DNA of 64,000 nucleotides from Candidatus Kerfeldbacteria bacterium (GCA_016214565.1 JACROE010000002.1:920007-984006); one strand, 5' to 3'; positions 1-9,639 are shown, numbered from the stretch's first letter. Translations and numbers: made by a program. Notes: generated by a model not told the origin, from the letters alone.

Positions 1-32
1 CGAGACAACGGCGGTCAATTTTTTCGCCGAAC

Positions 33-1019
33 TTGATTGTTTCACTTGCGCTTAGCGTTGGGATTATTGTTTCACTAGGGTATTGGCTTAAACAATATCC
101 GCTTTCTGGCGTGCTGATGCAGCCAGTAATTTTGGGGTTATTGTATGTTGGAATTTTTGCTGCCGTTGCAATTATTGTGACGTGGTTATCAGAGTACTGG
201 GGGATTGCCTCGCAAGCCGCACTGTGGTCAGCGCTGGTATTCGGCTTGATGGTTTGTATTGCTATTACGATCGTGTATGACCTTGATAAGGTCTTGATAC
301 CGTTTCACGCGATTGTACTCGGTACATTGATTGCCGCCGTACTAATGAAATTTTGGTCACGACTGCCGGTTTTTTTGAAAAAGACGATCATCTACGGCTT
401 TACCATGGTTACCACCTGGTCAGCACTGCACGGCAAAGAACTATTTAGGTTTATCCAGCCGGATGCTTGTTTGTATCTGACGCGCGATACCACGCCGCTG
501 GTGGGTGAACTAGCGCATTGCCAGCAGTTGGCATTTTTTAATCCACTGCTGTGGCCTATTTATTTTATTATGCTGGTGGGCGTTACCTCTGGTATTTATT
601 TTCTTGGGCGGTATTGGCGGAATCAAGGAAGTACGCTTGGCCGAAAACTTGTCGTATCAGCTGCATTCGCCGCCATTCCACTACTGTCACTGAGTTTTCA
701 CGATATTAATAATTATGGGGCCATAGATATTATTTCTTGGAAGCCAGAGATTTATCAGGCGTATCAAGAAATCCTCGGACGAGACCCCGAATTCAAGGAC
801 ATCGATTTTTATACGTACACTCGAGCCTATCGCTCAATGAGTCGGGTGAAGGAAGTGCTGTATCGTTCGTATGAGCGTACCTTGGTCATCGACAAATTGC
901 ATCAAATGATGTTAAGCCGTCCCGCCAGTGATGCTGAGATCGATCATTTTGTCGAAACGCGGCAGTCTGTGCTAGAGATACGCCATGAGCTGGAGCGGCA
1001 GGCAGGGCTTACTGAATAA
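33..1019 (+). CDS. hypothetical polytopic membrane protein
   Basis: 328-aa ORF with several hydrophobic helices in the N-terminal half; no recognisable catalytic motif. Confidence 0.45.
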   Translation: MIVSLALSVGIIVSLGYWLKQYPLSGVLMQPVILGLLYVGIFAAVAIIVTWLSEYWGIASQAALWSALVFGLMVCIAITIVYDLDKVLIPFHAIVLGTLIAAVLMKFWSRLPVFLKKTIIYGFTMVTTWSALHGKELFRFIQPDACLYLTRDTTPLVGELAHCQQLAFFNPLLWPIYFIMLVGVTSGIYFLGRYWRNQGSTLGRKLVVSAAFAAIPLLSLSFHDINNYGAIDIISWKPEIYQAYQEILGRDPEFKDIDFYTYTRAYRSMSRVKEVLYRSYERTLVIDKLHQMMLSRPASDAEIDHFVETRQSVLEIRHELERQAGLTE

Positions 1020-1033
1020 TTTTTTTACTCTTT

Positions 1034-2188
1034 ATGCCTCGAATAACGATGTATAATACAATTCTGGTCATCATCATTTTTTTGCTGGTCCTTCCGATAA
1101 TGACTCGGGCATCGGGTCAGTCCACACACGAAATTGGTTTAACCTTAGTACCGGCTGATATTCGCGGGGAAAAGATTTATCAGACGAATCACGCAGTGCT
1201 CACATTGCCAACCTGGAAAGTAAAAACCTGGGGAACTATTACCATCCCTGATAATTGGGGGGAGGAGCAGTTGTATATTGAATTGTGGGACAATAGTAAT
1301 CATCGCATTCCAAACTTTACTGCCCGTCGGTTGACTGACCGTACAATAAATATTTCGGGTCTTGATACGACATTGCATCCATCGTTTCGCATCATTATTT
1401 TTCAGGCCCAAAGCAAAATTACGTGGCCGACTGCTCCAGTGCGAGTAACCTATACCGAAGCGGTGAATACACGCTTGATCGTCCTCGCCGCACTGATTGG
1501 CGGGGGGCTGCTTATGCTGGTTGCCCTGAGCGTCTGGAAAAGAGTAACGGCAATGGTTTTTTGGGACATGACCAAATCGTTATTGAGGCGTGATACGATT
1601 GAACCCTCTGTGCGGAGTGCGTTGGCACTCATTTGGATTACTATTGTTTGGTCAGCAATATTTAGCATTGCTTTAGGAAGTTTTAGTGGCTGGTATCAGA
1701 TATTATTTCTTTTCATTAAATTACCCTTTTTATTGCTCTGCTCTCTGTTACTTTCTATTGCCGCCAATGTTGTTTTTGCCCGATTACTCGGAGTGACCAC
1801 TGCCGTTCGTGAAATAGCAGTTCATGCCCTGCAGTGGGTTGCAGTCTGCGCGATCACCCTAGCCGCATTAGCGCCGATTATTGGGTATGCCAGCATTACT
1901 CATTTTGGACACGACACGGCTTTGCTCTGGGCACTGGGATTATTTGGCTGCGCGTACCTGGTGAGTATTATTCGACAATACAGCCAATATCTGACCTGGG
2001 GTGTGCGGCATACTATTGTGTTAATTGGTATTTGGATGGTGCTGTATGGAGTGGTTTTATTGCAGCTTGGCTGGATGCTTCGTCCGTGGGTGGGAGTGCT
2101 TGACCCAGTGTATCAATCTTTGCCATTTTCGCGATTGTACAGCGGAAATGTATTTGAAGAAATTTTATCAACTATTAATCGGCTCTAA
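1034..2188 (+). CDS. hypothetical membrane protein (N-terminal signal anchor, extracytoplasmic domain, C-terminal multi-TM region)
   Basis: 384-aa ORF 15 bp after previous gene; N-terminal hydrophobic segment ILVIIIFLLVLPIM then soluble domain then about 6 helices. Confidence 0.45.
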   Translation: MPRITMYNTILVIIIFLLVLPIMTRASGQSTHEIGLTLVPADIRGEKIYQTNHAVLTLPTWKVKTWGTITIPDNWGEEQLYIELWDNSNHRIPNFTARRLTDRTINISGLDTTLHPSFRIIIFQAQSKITWPTAPVRVTYTEAVNTRLIVLAALIGGGLLMLVALSVWKRVTAMVFWDMTKSLLRRDTIEPSVRSALALIWITIVWSAIFSIALGSFSGWYQILFLFIKLPFLLLCSLLLSIAANVVFARLLGVTTAVREIAVHALQWVAVCAITLAALAPIIGYASITHFGHDTALLWALGLFGCAYLVSIIRQYSQYLTWGVRHTIVLIGIWMVLYGVVLLQLGWMLRPWVGVLDPVYQSLPFSRLYSGNVFEEILSTINRL

Positions 2189-2209
2189 AGCCGGGAAAGG
2201 AACATATAT

Positions 2210-2800
2210 ATGTTCGGAACGTCACTACTTCTCAAAAATAAACAAGCGGTTTTTGAGTCAAAAAATCAAGCAGGCCTATGGAAGCGGTACGTCCTTGAAT
2301 TTTTTATCGTCGGCGTTGTAGGCATTGCTGTATTTGGCGCGTTATCCGTGACTGATTTCACGTGGCAAAGCGTCGGTGAGCGAATGTGGAAAGTCCTCGT
2401 TGTCTACTGGGATTCTCTGCTCATTTGTCTGCCGTCACTATTTGTCTTTAGCATCATACGCGGCTCCCGCATTACGTTGGCTGAATTGCTGTTCTATGTG
2501 GTTGGCGCTATGGCAATTATTGGTGTCGTACTTTTATCAATTGCGCCGATTATTGGTTTTTTTGCCTGGACCACCGACATTCCTGAAACCATGCAATTTA
2601 TCAGCGTTGTTGTAGGAGGGATCGCGCTTATTTTTGGCATCAATTATATCGGTCAGGGATACACCTTTATTCACGGGCTCCGACCATCGGGCGATATGGC
2701 AAAGAAGTTAAGCAAAGACTTTTTACTCCTTTGGTTTATCCTACTTGCCGCTGTCATGCTGCAAATGGCAAATCAGCTAGGGCTGCTTGGGCAGGCATAA
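2210..2800 (+). CDS. hypothetical membrane protein
   Basis: 196-aa ORF with 5-6 predicted TM helices. Confidence 0.45.
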   Translation: MFGTSLLLKNKQAVFESKNQAGLWKRYVLEFFIVGVVGIAVFGALSVTDFTWQSVGERMWKVLVVYWDSLLICLPSLFVFSIIRGSRITLAELLFYVVGAMAIIGVVLLSIAPIIGFFAWTTDIPETMQFISVVVGGIALIFGINYIGQGYTFIHGLRPSGDMAKKLSKDFLLLWFILLAAVMLQMANQLGLLGQA

Positions 2801-2981
2801 TACTTCATAAAAACAAGCCTTTTTCAGTCGCACTCTTGACAGAGCGGATTATTCGTGATATACATACTGGTAAAATAAAAAAATTCAAAATGTTCTCTAC
2901 AAAGGAGTATATACGAAACGTATCAAAGATTATCTGAAGTTCAGTATTAACCGTTACATTGGCGGACAGATCACGTGCCTC

Positions 2982-3413
2982 GTGAGCGGTGTCGTCGGCG
3001 GTTCGCTGGCAAGTCTCTGGACAGCGGATATCTGGAAAATTATTTATGTTGCGTCATTATGTGACGTGCTGGGATTTTACGGATATTTTGTTATTCGAGA
3101 TCTGATTCATTTCAGTAAGAAAATGCATCATTTGGTCGGTTTGAACAAATACGTTGCTGTTGTCTGGACTACCATTCAGGCACTTACAGTGGAATTTGGT
3201 GTTTCTGAAGCCGTTGACACGGTCTTTGTTCGACCGGCGTGCATATTCTTCGCTGGAAAATTTGTTGATTCGTTGTTGCTACAGTGTTTGCTCGGAATCG
3301 CTTTTTCTGATTTATGGATGATGGGCGTGTGTCCACTTTTTTACCGAGCGCGTATGCGTTTGGTTGAGCAAAAACTGCAGCATAAGGTTGAACGTAAGGT
3401 CGAGAGCATGTAA
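2982..3413 (+). CDS. hypothetical protein upstream of pilin operon (GTG start)
   Basis: 143-aa ORF; stop overlaps the ATG of the next ORF (TAATG). Confidence 0.3.
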   Translation: MSGVVGGSLASLWTADIWKIIYVASLCDVLGFYGYFVIRDLIHFSKKMHHLVGLNKYVAVVWTTIQALTVEFGVSEAVDTVFVRPACIFFAGKFVDSLLLQCLLGIAFSDLWMMGVCPLFYRARMRLVEQKLQHKVERKVESM

Positions 3414-3453
3414 TGCTTTCGACCTTCTTTTTTTATCCAGATTTTGATTATTA

Positions 3454-3462
3454 TGGTATAAT
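3454..3462 (+). promoter_or_regulatory. extended -10 element TGgTATAAT, 8 nt upstream of the pilin ATG at 3470 (possible leaderless start)
   Basis: sequence tggtataat read directly; no -35 at canonical spacing. Confidence 0.3.
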
Positions 3463-3469
3463 AGCAATT

Positions 3470-3946
3470 ATGGAGGCAGTCCTAAATGTGAAACAAGTTA
3501 GAAATACTTTGATTGATCAGCGATCTGGCTTTACCTTGGTTGAACTTTTAGTAGTTATTGGCTTGATTGCAATGATTGGCATTTTTAGCGCACCGGTGTA
3601 TCAAAATTTTCAAAATCGAACAGATGTTGATATTGCAGCAGCAACGCTCACGAACAGTTTTCGATTAGCCCAAGCGCATGCCATGGATATGGTAGGGGAT
3701 CAATCGTGGGGAGTGCACCTGAGCGTCGGTACTATAGTTATTTTTCGGGGCGCCTCGTATGCGACTCGAGACGTTCCTTTTGATGATGTATATACCATTT
3801 CTTCAGATGTGCAATTGACTGGGCTATCTGAAGTCGTATTTAGTAAAATGCACGGGCTACCTTCGACTATTGGTTCGGTTACCATGCAGGAGACGGGTCG
3901 AAGCATGACGGTGAGTCTTAATTCGCTCGGGGTAGTGAGTTTTTAA
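3470..3946 (+). CDS. type IV prepilin-like protein (class III signal peptide)
   Basis: MEAVLNVKQVRNTLIDQRSG|FTLVELLVVIGLI: prepilin peptidase cleavage/methylation motif G-F-T-L-x-E followed by a hydrophobic helix. The 3413 ATG is an alternative start but would give an atypical 39-aa leader. Confidence 0.7.
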   Translation: MEAVLNVKQVRNTLIDQRSGFTLVELLVVIGLIAMIGIFSAPVYQNFQNRTDVDIAAATLTNSFRLAQAHAMDMVGDQSWGVHLSVGTIVIFRGASYATRDVPFDDVYTISSDVQLTGLSEVVFSKMHGLPSTIGSVTMQETGRSMTVSLNSLGVVSF

Positions 3947-3947
3947 T

Positions 3948-5348
3948 ATGCGCATACTATTAAAAAACCAACAAGGCGTTTCGCTTTTGGAGGTTCTCAT
4001 CGCCGGTGGAATTTTTGCACTTGTCATCACCGTATTAGTTGGTGGCTATATCACGATACAGAGTACTAGCGTTTTGGCTGGTTCGCGTGAGCGTGCCATT
4101 GCGCTGGCCGAAGAAGGCATTGAGGCAGTACGGAGCATTCGGGATTCCGCATATTTAGAATTGATTCCTGGAGTGCACGGGTTGCAGCTGAGTGGTGGGC
4201 ACTGGACGTTTGCGGGCACATTCGATACTCGTGAAATTTTTTCACGCTCAATTACTTTGAGCGCCATTGACGCTAATACCATGCGAGTCGAATCCAGGGT
4301 TGCCTGGGATCAAACGCGAACTCGCCCGGGTGAAATCGTGTTTACCACTGATTTAACTAATTGGCATCGCGTGATCAGCGGGGGGTGGAGCGTGCCAAGC
4401 CTTGAATCATCAATTGATTTAAGTAATACGCAAGATGGGCTTGATGTCGAGGCGAGTGGTGATTACGCATACATTGTGCGCAATGGTGGAACTGCGGATT
4501 ATCAGATTATGAATATTACTAATACCGCCACTCCGACCATCGCTGGCACCATAAATACGAGCGGGAATCCATTTCACATTACCGTTAGTTCCAATTATTC
4601 ATATGTGACCACTGCCAGCAATACCCAGGAGCTGGTGATAATAAACCATAGCAATCCAGTGACGCCATCGATTGTTGGCACGTTTAATCCTGCCGGCAAC
4701 GCTGATGGGCAGGCGATCGCGGTGGCCGGTACGCACGCGTATATGTCCCGAGCCGTCAGTACCGACCCTGAATTTTATGTGGTGGATGTTGCCAATCCCG
4801 CCGCGCCAGCTGCTAGTGGCAGCCTACAATTTGCTTCATTGATATCAGATTTAGTGGTGGTAGGCAACTATGCCTATGCGGCCACAGCCAGCAATACCCA
4901 GGAATTACTGGTTATCAATGTAGCGAATCCAGCAGCACCTACGATTGCTGGCGCAGCGAATTTAACGGGTATTACTGATGCTATTTCTGTCGCAGCGGTT
5001 AATAATATTCTTTTGATTGGACGGACAAATGGATTGGTGCATATCATCGACATTACTACTCCAACGGCGCCGGTTGAGCGTGGGGTCTATAACGCGCAAG
5101 GCACCGTACCATCGATCGCCATAAAAAATGACGCCAGTCTTGGTTTCCTGGGCACGGGCTTTGCGACTGCTGAATTTCAAGTAATTGATTTGGCCGACCT
5201 GACCGCTCCAGTACTCTACAGCAGCGTTGATTATCCGCCAGCGGTTGCTGGACTTATTAATGGTATGTATTATCACGCAGTAAAAGATCGCGCCATCGGC
5301 GTCGGCCCGGATAATGCTGCGGAGTTTTTCATTTTCAAACCTCAATGA
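3948..5348 (+). CDS. pseudopilin-like protein with LVIVD-repeat beta-propeller domain
   Basis: N-terminus MRILLKNQQG|VSLLEVLIAGGIF (prepilin motif with E5); about 6 repeats of the type YAYAATASNTQELLVINVANPAAPTIAGA, HAYMSRAVSTDPEFYVVDVANPAAPAASG, LVHIIDITTPTAPVERG, matching the LVIVD repeat family. Confidence 0.7.
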   Translation: MRILLKNQQGVSLLEVLIAGGIFALVITVLVGGYITIQSTSVLAGSRERAIALAEEGIEAVRSIRDSAYLELIPGVHGLQLSGGHWTFAGTFDTREIFSRSITLSAIDANTMRVESRVAWDQTRTRPGEIVFTTDLTNWHRVISGGWSVPSLESSIDLSNTQDGLDVEASGDYAYIVRNGGTADYQIMNITNTATPTIAGTINTSGNPFHITVSSNYSYVTTASNTQELVIINHSNPVTPSIVGTFNPAGNADGQAIAVAGTHAYMSRAVSTDPEFYVVDVANPAAPAASGSLQFASLISDLVVVGNYAYAATASNTQELLVINVANPAAPTIAGAANLTGITDAISVAAVNNILLIGRTNGLVHIIDITTPTAPVERGVYNAQGTVPSIAIKNDASLGFLGTGFATAEFQVIDLADLTAPVLYSSVDYPPAVAGLINGMYYHAVKDRAIGVGPDNAAEFFIFKPQ

Positions 5349-5866
5349 GGAAGACTTTGTATCATATCAATGCAGAGCAAAAGGGATTTACCCTGATGGA
5401 GATTTTGATTTACTTAGCAATCTCGGGAATCATTATTGCTGGCGTGTCGACGTTGCTCTACGTGATGCTGGGCGCACGGGTTAAACAGCAAACGATTAAT
5501 GAAGTCGAGCAACAAGGAGCATTTATGATGCGATATATTACTCAAGCAGTGCGGAATGCCGATGCGATTACTGAACCGGCGTCAGGTGCTGCGGTGAATC
5601 TAACGCTCAATATGTATGATCTGACGGATGATCCAATGGTGATCAGTTTGACCGGTAACACGCTTTCCGTATCACGTGCTGGCGAACCAGCTATCGCGCT
5701 GCATTCGGATCGCGTCGAAATTGCAAATGTAGCATTTACGAACGTAAGTTATGCGGGGACTCCCGGAGCACTCTCAATCACCTATACGGTGCGCTCGGTC
5801 AATCCCAGTGGGCGTCAAGAGTATTCGTATGAAAAAACTTTTTATGGAAGTGCAACTATTCGCTAA
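5345..5866 (+). CDS. type IV prepilin-like protein
   Basis: MRKTLYHINAEQKG|FTLMEILIYLAISGIIIAG; ATGA overlap with upstream gene. Confidence 0.7.
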   Translation: MRKTLYHINAEQKGFTLMEILIYLAISGIIIAGVSTLLYVMLGARVKQQTINEVEQQGAFMMRYITQAVRNADAITEPASGAAVNLTLNMYDLTDDPMVISLTGNTLSVSRAGEPAIALHSDRVEIANVAFTNVSYAGTPGALSITYTVRSVNPSGRQEYSYEKTFYGSATIR

Positions 5867-5876
5867 ATTCAATCCT

Positions 5877-6272
5877 GTGTCGCATCAGCGTGGGTATGTC
5901 GTGCTGATTAGCATGCTTATTGTCAGTGTAGTTGGCTTAGCCATTGCCTCGAGCATGATGGCAATCAGTATCAGTGGTTCTCAATCAAGTCTCGAACGTG
6001 ATCAAGCTACGAGCGCTCGATATTTAGCCGACGCTTGCGCTGAATACGCGATCAGCCAATTACTTGATGCTAATACGTATGCAGGCAATGAAGTGCGCAC
6101 CCTGGGTGATGGTACTTGCACCATCAGGCCGGTGCTTGGCACCGGTAATACGAATCGAACGGTAGAAACATTTGGTACCGTGGATACCACGATTCGAAAA
6201 ATAAGAGTCGAAATTGCTTCGCTAACCCCCAATGTCGCGCTCACATCGTGGCGGGATGTTGCTGATTTTTGA
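5877..6272 (+). CDS. minor pilin-like protein (start uncertain: in-frame ATG 5829, ATG 5844 or GTG 5877)
   Basis: MSHQRG|YVVLISMLIVSVVGLAIASS: short basic leader, Gly, hydrophobic helix, but no Glu at +5; ORF frame overlaps the 3-prime end of the previous gene. Confidence 0.5.
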   Translation: MSHQRGYVVLISMLIVSVVGLAIASSMMAISISGSQSSLERDQATSARYLADACAEYAISQLLDANTYAGNEVRTLGDGTCTIRPVLGTGNTNRTVETFGTVDTTIRKIRVEIASLTPNVALTSWRDVADF

Positions 6273-6333
6273 AAGAGATGCAGACGTGAGCGCGTATGTA
6301 ATACTATGGGTAATACTCGGTTGATCTAGCCGC

Positions 6334-6915
6334 ATGGAATCAGAAGCCGCAACCAAATCAGACGTTGAATTGGTGCGCTTAAGCCTGTCAGATTCTGATT
6401 GGTACGCTTTTATTGTGCAGCGGTATGAGCAACAGCTGCTCCGGTATATTCGCCGTATTTCTGGTGTTAGCCGAGAGGATGCCGAGGACGTCCTACAGGA
6501 GGTGTTTTTGAAAGCATACCGCAACCTTAACGACTTTGATCAATCTATGAAATTTTCTTCATGGATTTATCGTATCACTCATAATACGGTTATTAGTGAA
6601 CATCGAAAGCGAACTGCTCGTGTTCAATTAGTCGGCGGTGAATCGGCGGAACAATTTTTGGCGCTTGTGGCCGATGACAATCAGGATCCGCACGCGACCG
6701 TAAATGCCCGGTTTGATGCCGATTTAGTCCAGCGCTTACTGAGCCGTATTGAACCGCATTATGCTGAGGTCCTCATGCTTCGCTACATTGAAGAAAAAGA
6801 TTACCAAGAAATATCAGATATTTTGCAAAAACCACCAGGCACGGTAGCAACACTGCTGCACCGCGCCAAAAGCCAATTGCGCACTTTGATCAAAAAGGAG
6901 GGGATACAATTATGA
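6334..6915 (+). CDS. ECF-type RNA polymerase sigma factor
   Basis: sigma-70 region 2 (EDVLQEVFLKAYRNLNDFD, FSSWIYRITHNTVISEHRKR) and region 4 (YQEISDILQKPPGTVATLLHRAKSQLR). Confidence 0.85.
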   Translation: MESEAATKSDVELVRLSLSDSDWYAFIVQRYEQQLLRYIRRISGVSREDAEDVLQEVFLKAYRNLNDFDQSMKFSSWIYRITHNTVISEHRKRTARVQLVGGESAEQFLALVADDNQDPHATVNARFDADLVQRLLSRIEPHYAEVLMLRYIEEKDYQEISDILQKPPGTVATLLHRAKSQLRTLIKKEGIQL

Positions 6916-7685
6916 ATGAAATTTCAAGAAAAATAATAGAGGTTATTAAAGCGGAACATATCCAGCCGAAACCGCGCTGGCAATTTTTGGTGCAGCGGTG
7001 GATCGTCTGGGTCGCTTCGGTATTTGCCGTGACGGTCGGGAGCGTTGCATTTAGTGTGATTTTATTCCGCTTGGTTAATAATGATTGGGAAATTATTGAG
7101 TCATTGCCCCGCAGTCCGTTAGAGCATCTCGTCAATACTATGCCGTATATATGGCTGATTGTGCTCATTATTTTCATTGGCATAGCATACTATAACGTAC
7201 GGCATACTCATGGTAGCTACAAATATCATGCTTATTTTATAGTGATTGGGAGTATGGGGTTGAGTCTTATTTTTGGTGGTGTGTTGTATGGTTGTGGTTT
7301 GGGTCCACGCGTTGATGCGTTTGTCAACCAACACATTCCCTTTATGCAGCACATGGCTGACGATCGATATGAAATATGGGTTCAGCCGGAGCAGGGAAGG
7401 TTGGCTGGAGAAATTACTGGTATGTTGAGCGGTGTGGGCATGTTTGAGATTGTTTCATTGGACGGAGAGGAATGGATTATCCGACCTACTACTCAGTATT
7501 TGGCGCCGCCGCAGTATGATCCTCAAACCGGGGATTATATCCGCATTGTCGGCTATACGATTGATCATGATGCGCGGATATTCGGAGCACAGCGCATTAT
7601 GCCGTTATTTTTCGGTCCAGGAATTAATGGTGGGCAATTACCCGTCAGAGGGATGGAATATCATATTCGGGTCATGCCGCAGTAG
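6912..7685 (+). CDS. putative anti-sigma factor / sigma-coupled membrane protein
   Basis: ATGA overlap with the sigma factor gene; hydrophobic segments (IVWVASVFAVTVGSVAFSVILF and others) between soluble regions; assignment by gene context only. Confidence 0.45.
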   Translation: MNEISRKIIEVIKAEHIQPKPRWQFLVQRWIVWVASVFAVTVGSVAFSVILFRLVNNDWEIIESLPRSPLEHLVNTMPYIWLIVLIIFIGIAYYNVRHTHGSYKYHAYFIVIGSMGLSLIFGGVLYGCGLGPRVDAFVNQHIPFMQHMADDRYEIWVQPEQGRLAGEITGMLSGVGMFEIVSLDGEEWIIRPTTQYLAPPQYDPQTGDYIRIVGYTIDHDARIFGAQRIMPLFFGPGINGGQLPVRGMEYHIRVMPQ

Positions 7686-7800
7686 TTTTGGGTAGGAAAC
7701 TCACGCTAAACAATTGAAAAAGTATTTCATGAGATACGTATTAGTGAGTGACAGGGTCGACAGGCTAGCCCCTAATCACTAATCCACTAATACTCACTAC

Positions 7801-8304
7801 ATGAAGAAATACATTTTCGGCGCGATAATCGGCTTGGCAGCATTTATCCTCGTTGGCGGCACCGTCGCTGCGGCGCATGGATTCGGCCACGCTGGGGCGT
7901 CCGAAGATACGGCGCAATTACTCGGGATGACGAATGATCAGCTACAAACTGCGCTGGATGACCAGACATTGCCAGAGCTACTTGATGAAAAAGGCATTAG
8001 TCACGTTGAATTGCAGGAATTCCGCGATGAGCATATGCTCGATGAACGTGCGGCATTACTCGGAATGACGGCTGATGAATTACGCACGGCGCTTGAGAGT
8101 AAATCGTTTGCTGAACTTTTGGATGAAAAAGGAATTTCGCATGTCCAGTTGCACAGTTTCATGCAAACGCAGCATCTCGAACGCGCACAAACGCATTTAC
8201 AGTCTCTGGTTGACGATGGCACTATAACCCAAGAACAAATGGATGCACGACTAGAACAGATGCAGTCAACTGATCGCCCAGGATTAGGGCACGGTCCCAG
8301 ATAA
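7801..8304 (+). CDS. secreted protein with two tandem ~46-aa repeats
   Basis: signal peptide MKKYIFGAIIGLAAFILVGGTVAAA; the repeat LLGMTxDxLxTALxxxxxxELLDEKGISHVxL occurs twice and is mirrored in the DNA. Confidence 0.5.
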   Translation: MKKYIFGAIIGLAAFILVGGTVAAAHGFGHAGASEDTAQLLGMTNDQLQTALDDQTLPELLDEKGISHVELQEFRDEHMLDERAALLGMTADELRTALESKSFAELLDEKGISHVQLHSFMQTQHLERAQTHLQSLVDDGTITQEQMDARLEQMQSTDRPGLGHGPR

Positions 8305-8373
8305 CCCCCCCATTGCCCCCCTTATGCCAGACTGGCGCTTGGTTACCCACAAGCGTCGGTTTGGTTTGCGATC

Positions 8374-9552
8374 GTGCTTCCCCAGTCGTATACTAGTAGC
8401 ATGGTTTCTTGGTTTACTACACAGCAAGCTAATAGTTATTGGCAGCGATTATTATATGTGTTATTAATTGGCACGCTGAGCGGTTTTGCAGTGCTGATGA
8501 GTCTATGGTGGGGAGAGAGTATGGTTAGTCTTAACTACGAATATGAACGCGCCGGTGAAAATCTAGGGTTGGGTACTCGTCAGATAAAATCCTCAACTGT
8601 TACAATCGTGTTTGCTGGCGATGTGATGCTTGGTCGAGATGTCGAGTCGATCAGTAAACGTCAGCTGAGCTACGACTATCCATTTGTAGCAATGAAGAAT
8701 GTGCTCGCGTCAGCCGATCTAGCTATTGGTAATCTTGAATCACCACTCACCGAAGGAGTAACTGTTCCAACAGAGGCCATGGTATTTCGGGCTGATACGG
8801 AATGGGCCCCTGCTTTAGCAGACGCAGGGTTTGATTTGCTGGGGTTGGCTAATAATCACATACCTAATCAAGGTGAGCGAGGAATTGTTGATACGATCGA
8901 TGCGCTTGATCGCGCTCAGATTGTCCATAGTGGAGCAGGGGTAACGGTATCTGCTGCGAAGGCACCCGCGTATGTCACCCGTGATAATTGTACAGTAGCG
9001 ATGCTTGCGTATAATGACACCGATGTGGCTCCTGACGGGTATTTTGCACGCGATGATCATGCTGGTACCGCGCTTATGGACGCGGCGACGGTATCCGCTG
9101 ATATTGCGCGGGCTAAAGAAAATTCAGACTGGGTGGTCGTGATGATGCACAGCGGTAGTGAATATACGGTTCAGCCTAATACTCGGCAAATTGAATTTGC
9201 CCACGCCGCGATTGATGGCGGTGCTGATATGGTTATTGGGCACCATCCACACGTCGTTCAATCTGCTGAAGTATATCGGGGGAAATACATATTTTATAGT
9301 TTAGGAAATTTTATTTTTGACCAGATGTGGTCAATGGAAACTCGTCAGGGTTTGGCTCTGGAGACCACAGTGGTTGATGATCTACTTACTCAGATTAGGT
9401 TGATACCCATCCAAATAGAGAATTACTCCCAGCCACATATCATTACTGATGAACGGATTGCACATCAAGTACTTGATCGATTGGCTATCGCGTATTCAGG
9501 CGATAGCGCAGGGGATTGGGTTGTGGATATGTCTATTGAGAGCAATTATTGA
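8374..9552 (+). CDS. CapA-family metallophosphatase (poly-gamma-glutamate capsule synthesis protein family)
   Basis: motifs FAGDVMLGR, DLAIGNLESPLT, LGLANNHIPNQG, MMHSGSEY, GHHPHVVQ, YSLGNFIFDQ; N-terminal TM anchor; GTG start (an ATG alternative lies at 8401). Confidence 0.8.
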   Translation: MLPQSYTSSMVSWFTTQQANSYWQRLLYVLLIGTLSGFAVLMSLWWGESMVSLNYEYERAGENLGLGTRQIKSSTVTIVFAGDVMLGRDVESISKRQLSYDYPFVAMKNVLASADLAIGNLESPLTEGVTVPTEAMVFRADTEWAPALADAGFDLLGLANNHIPNQGERGIVDTIDALDRAQIVHSGAGVTVSAAKAPAYVTRDNCTVAMLAYNDTDVAPDGYFARDDHAGTALMDAATVSADIARAKENSDWVVVMMHSGSEYTVQPNTRQIEFAHAAIDGGADMVIGHHPHVVQSAEVYRGKYIFYSLGNFIFDQMWSMETRQGLALETTVVDDLLTQIRLIPIQIENYSQPHIITDERIAHQVLDRLAIAYSGDSAGDWVVDMSIESNY

Positions 9553-9639
9553 CAAAATATCCCCCACCGTATATACTCCTTAAATAATCGTACATTAGAC
9601 ATATTTATTTCACCCTATCACCGCACGGAGGAGCTATAC

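Noticed and set aside
3413-3469. Upstream ATG at 3413 as the pilin start
   Set aside because: It would give a 39-aa leader containing a hydrophobic stretch, unlike class III prepilin leaders. The ATG at 3470 yields a typical 20-aa basic leader and is preceded by an extended -10 box
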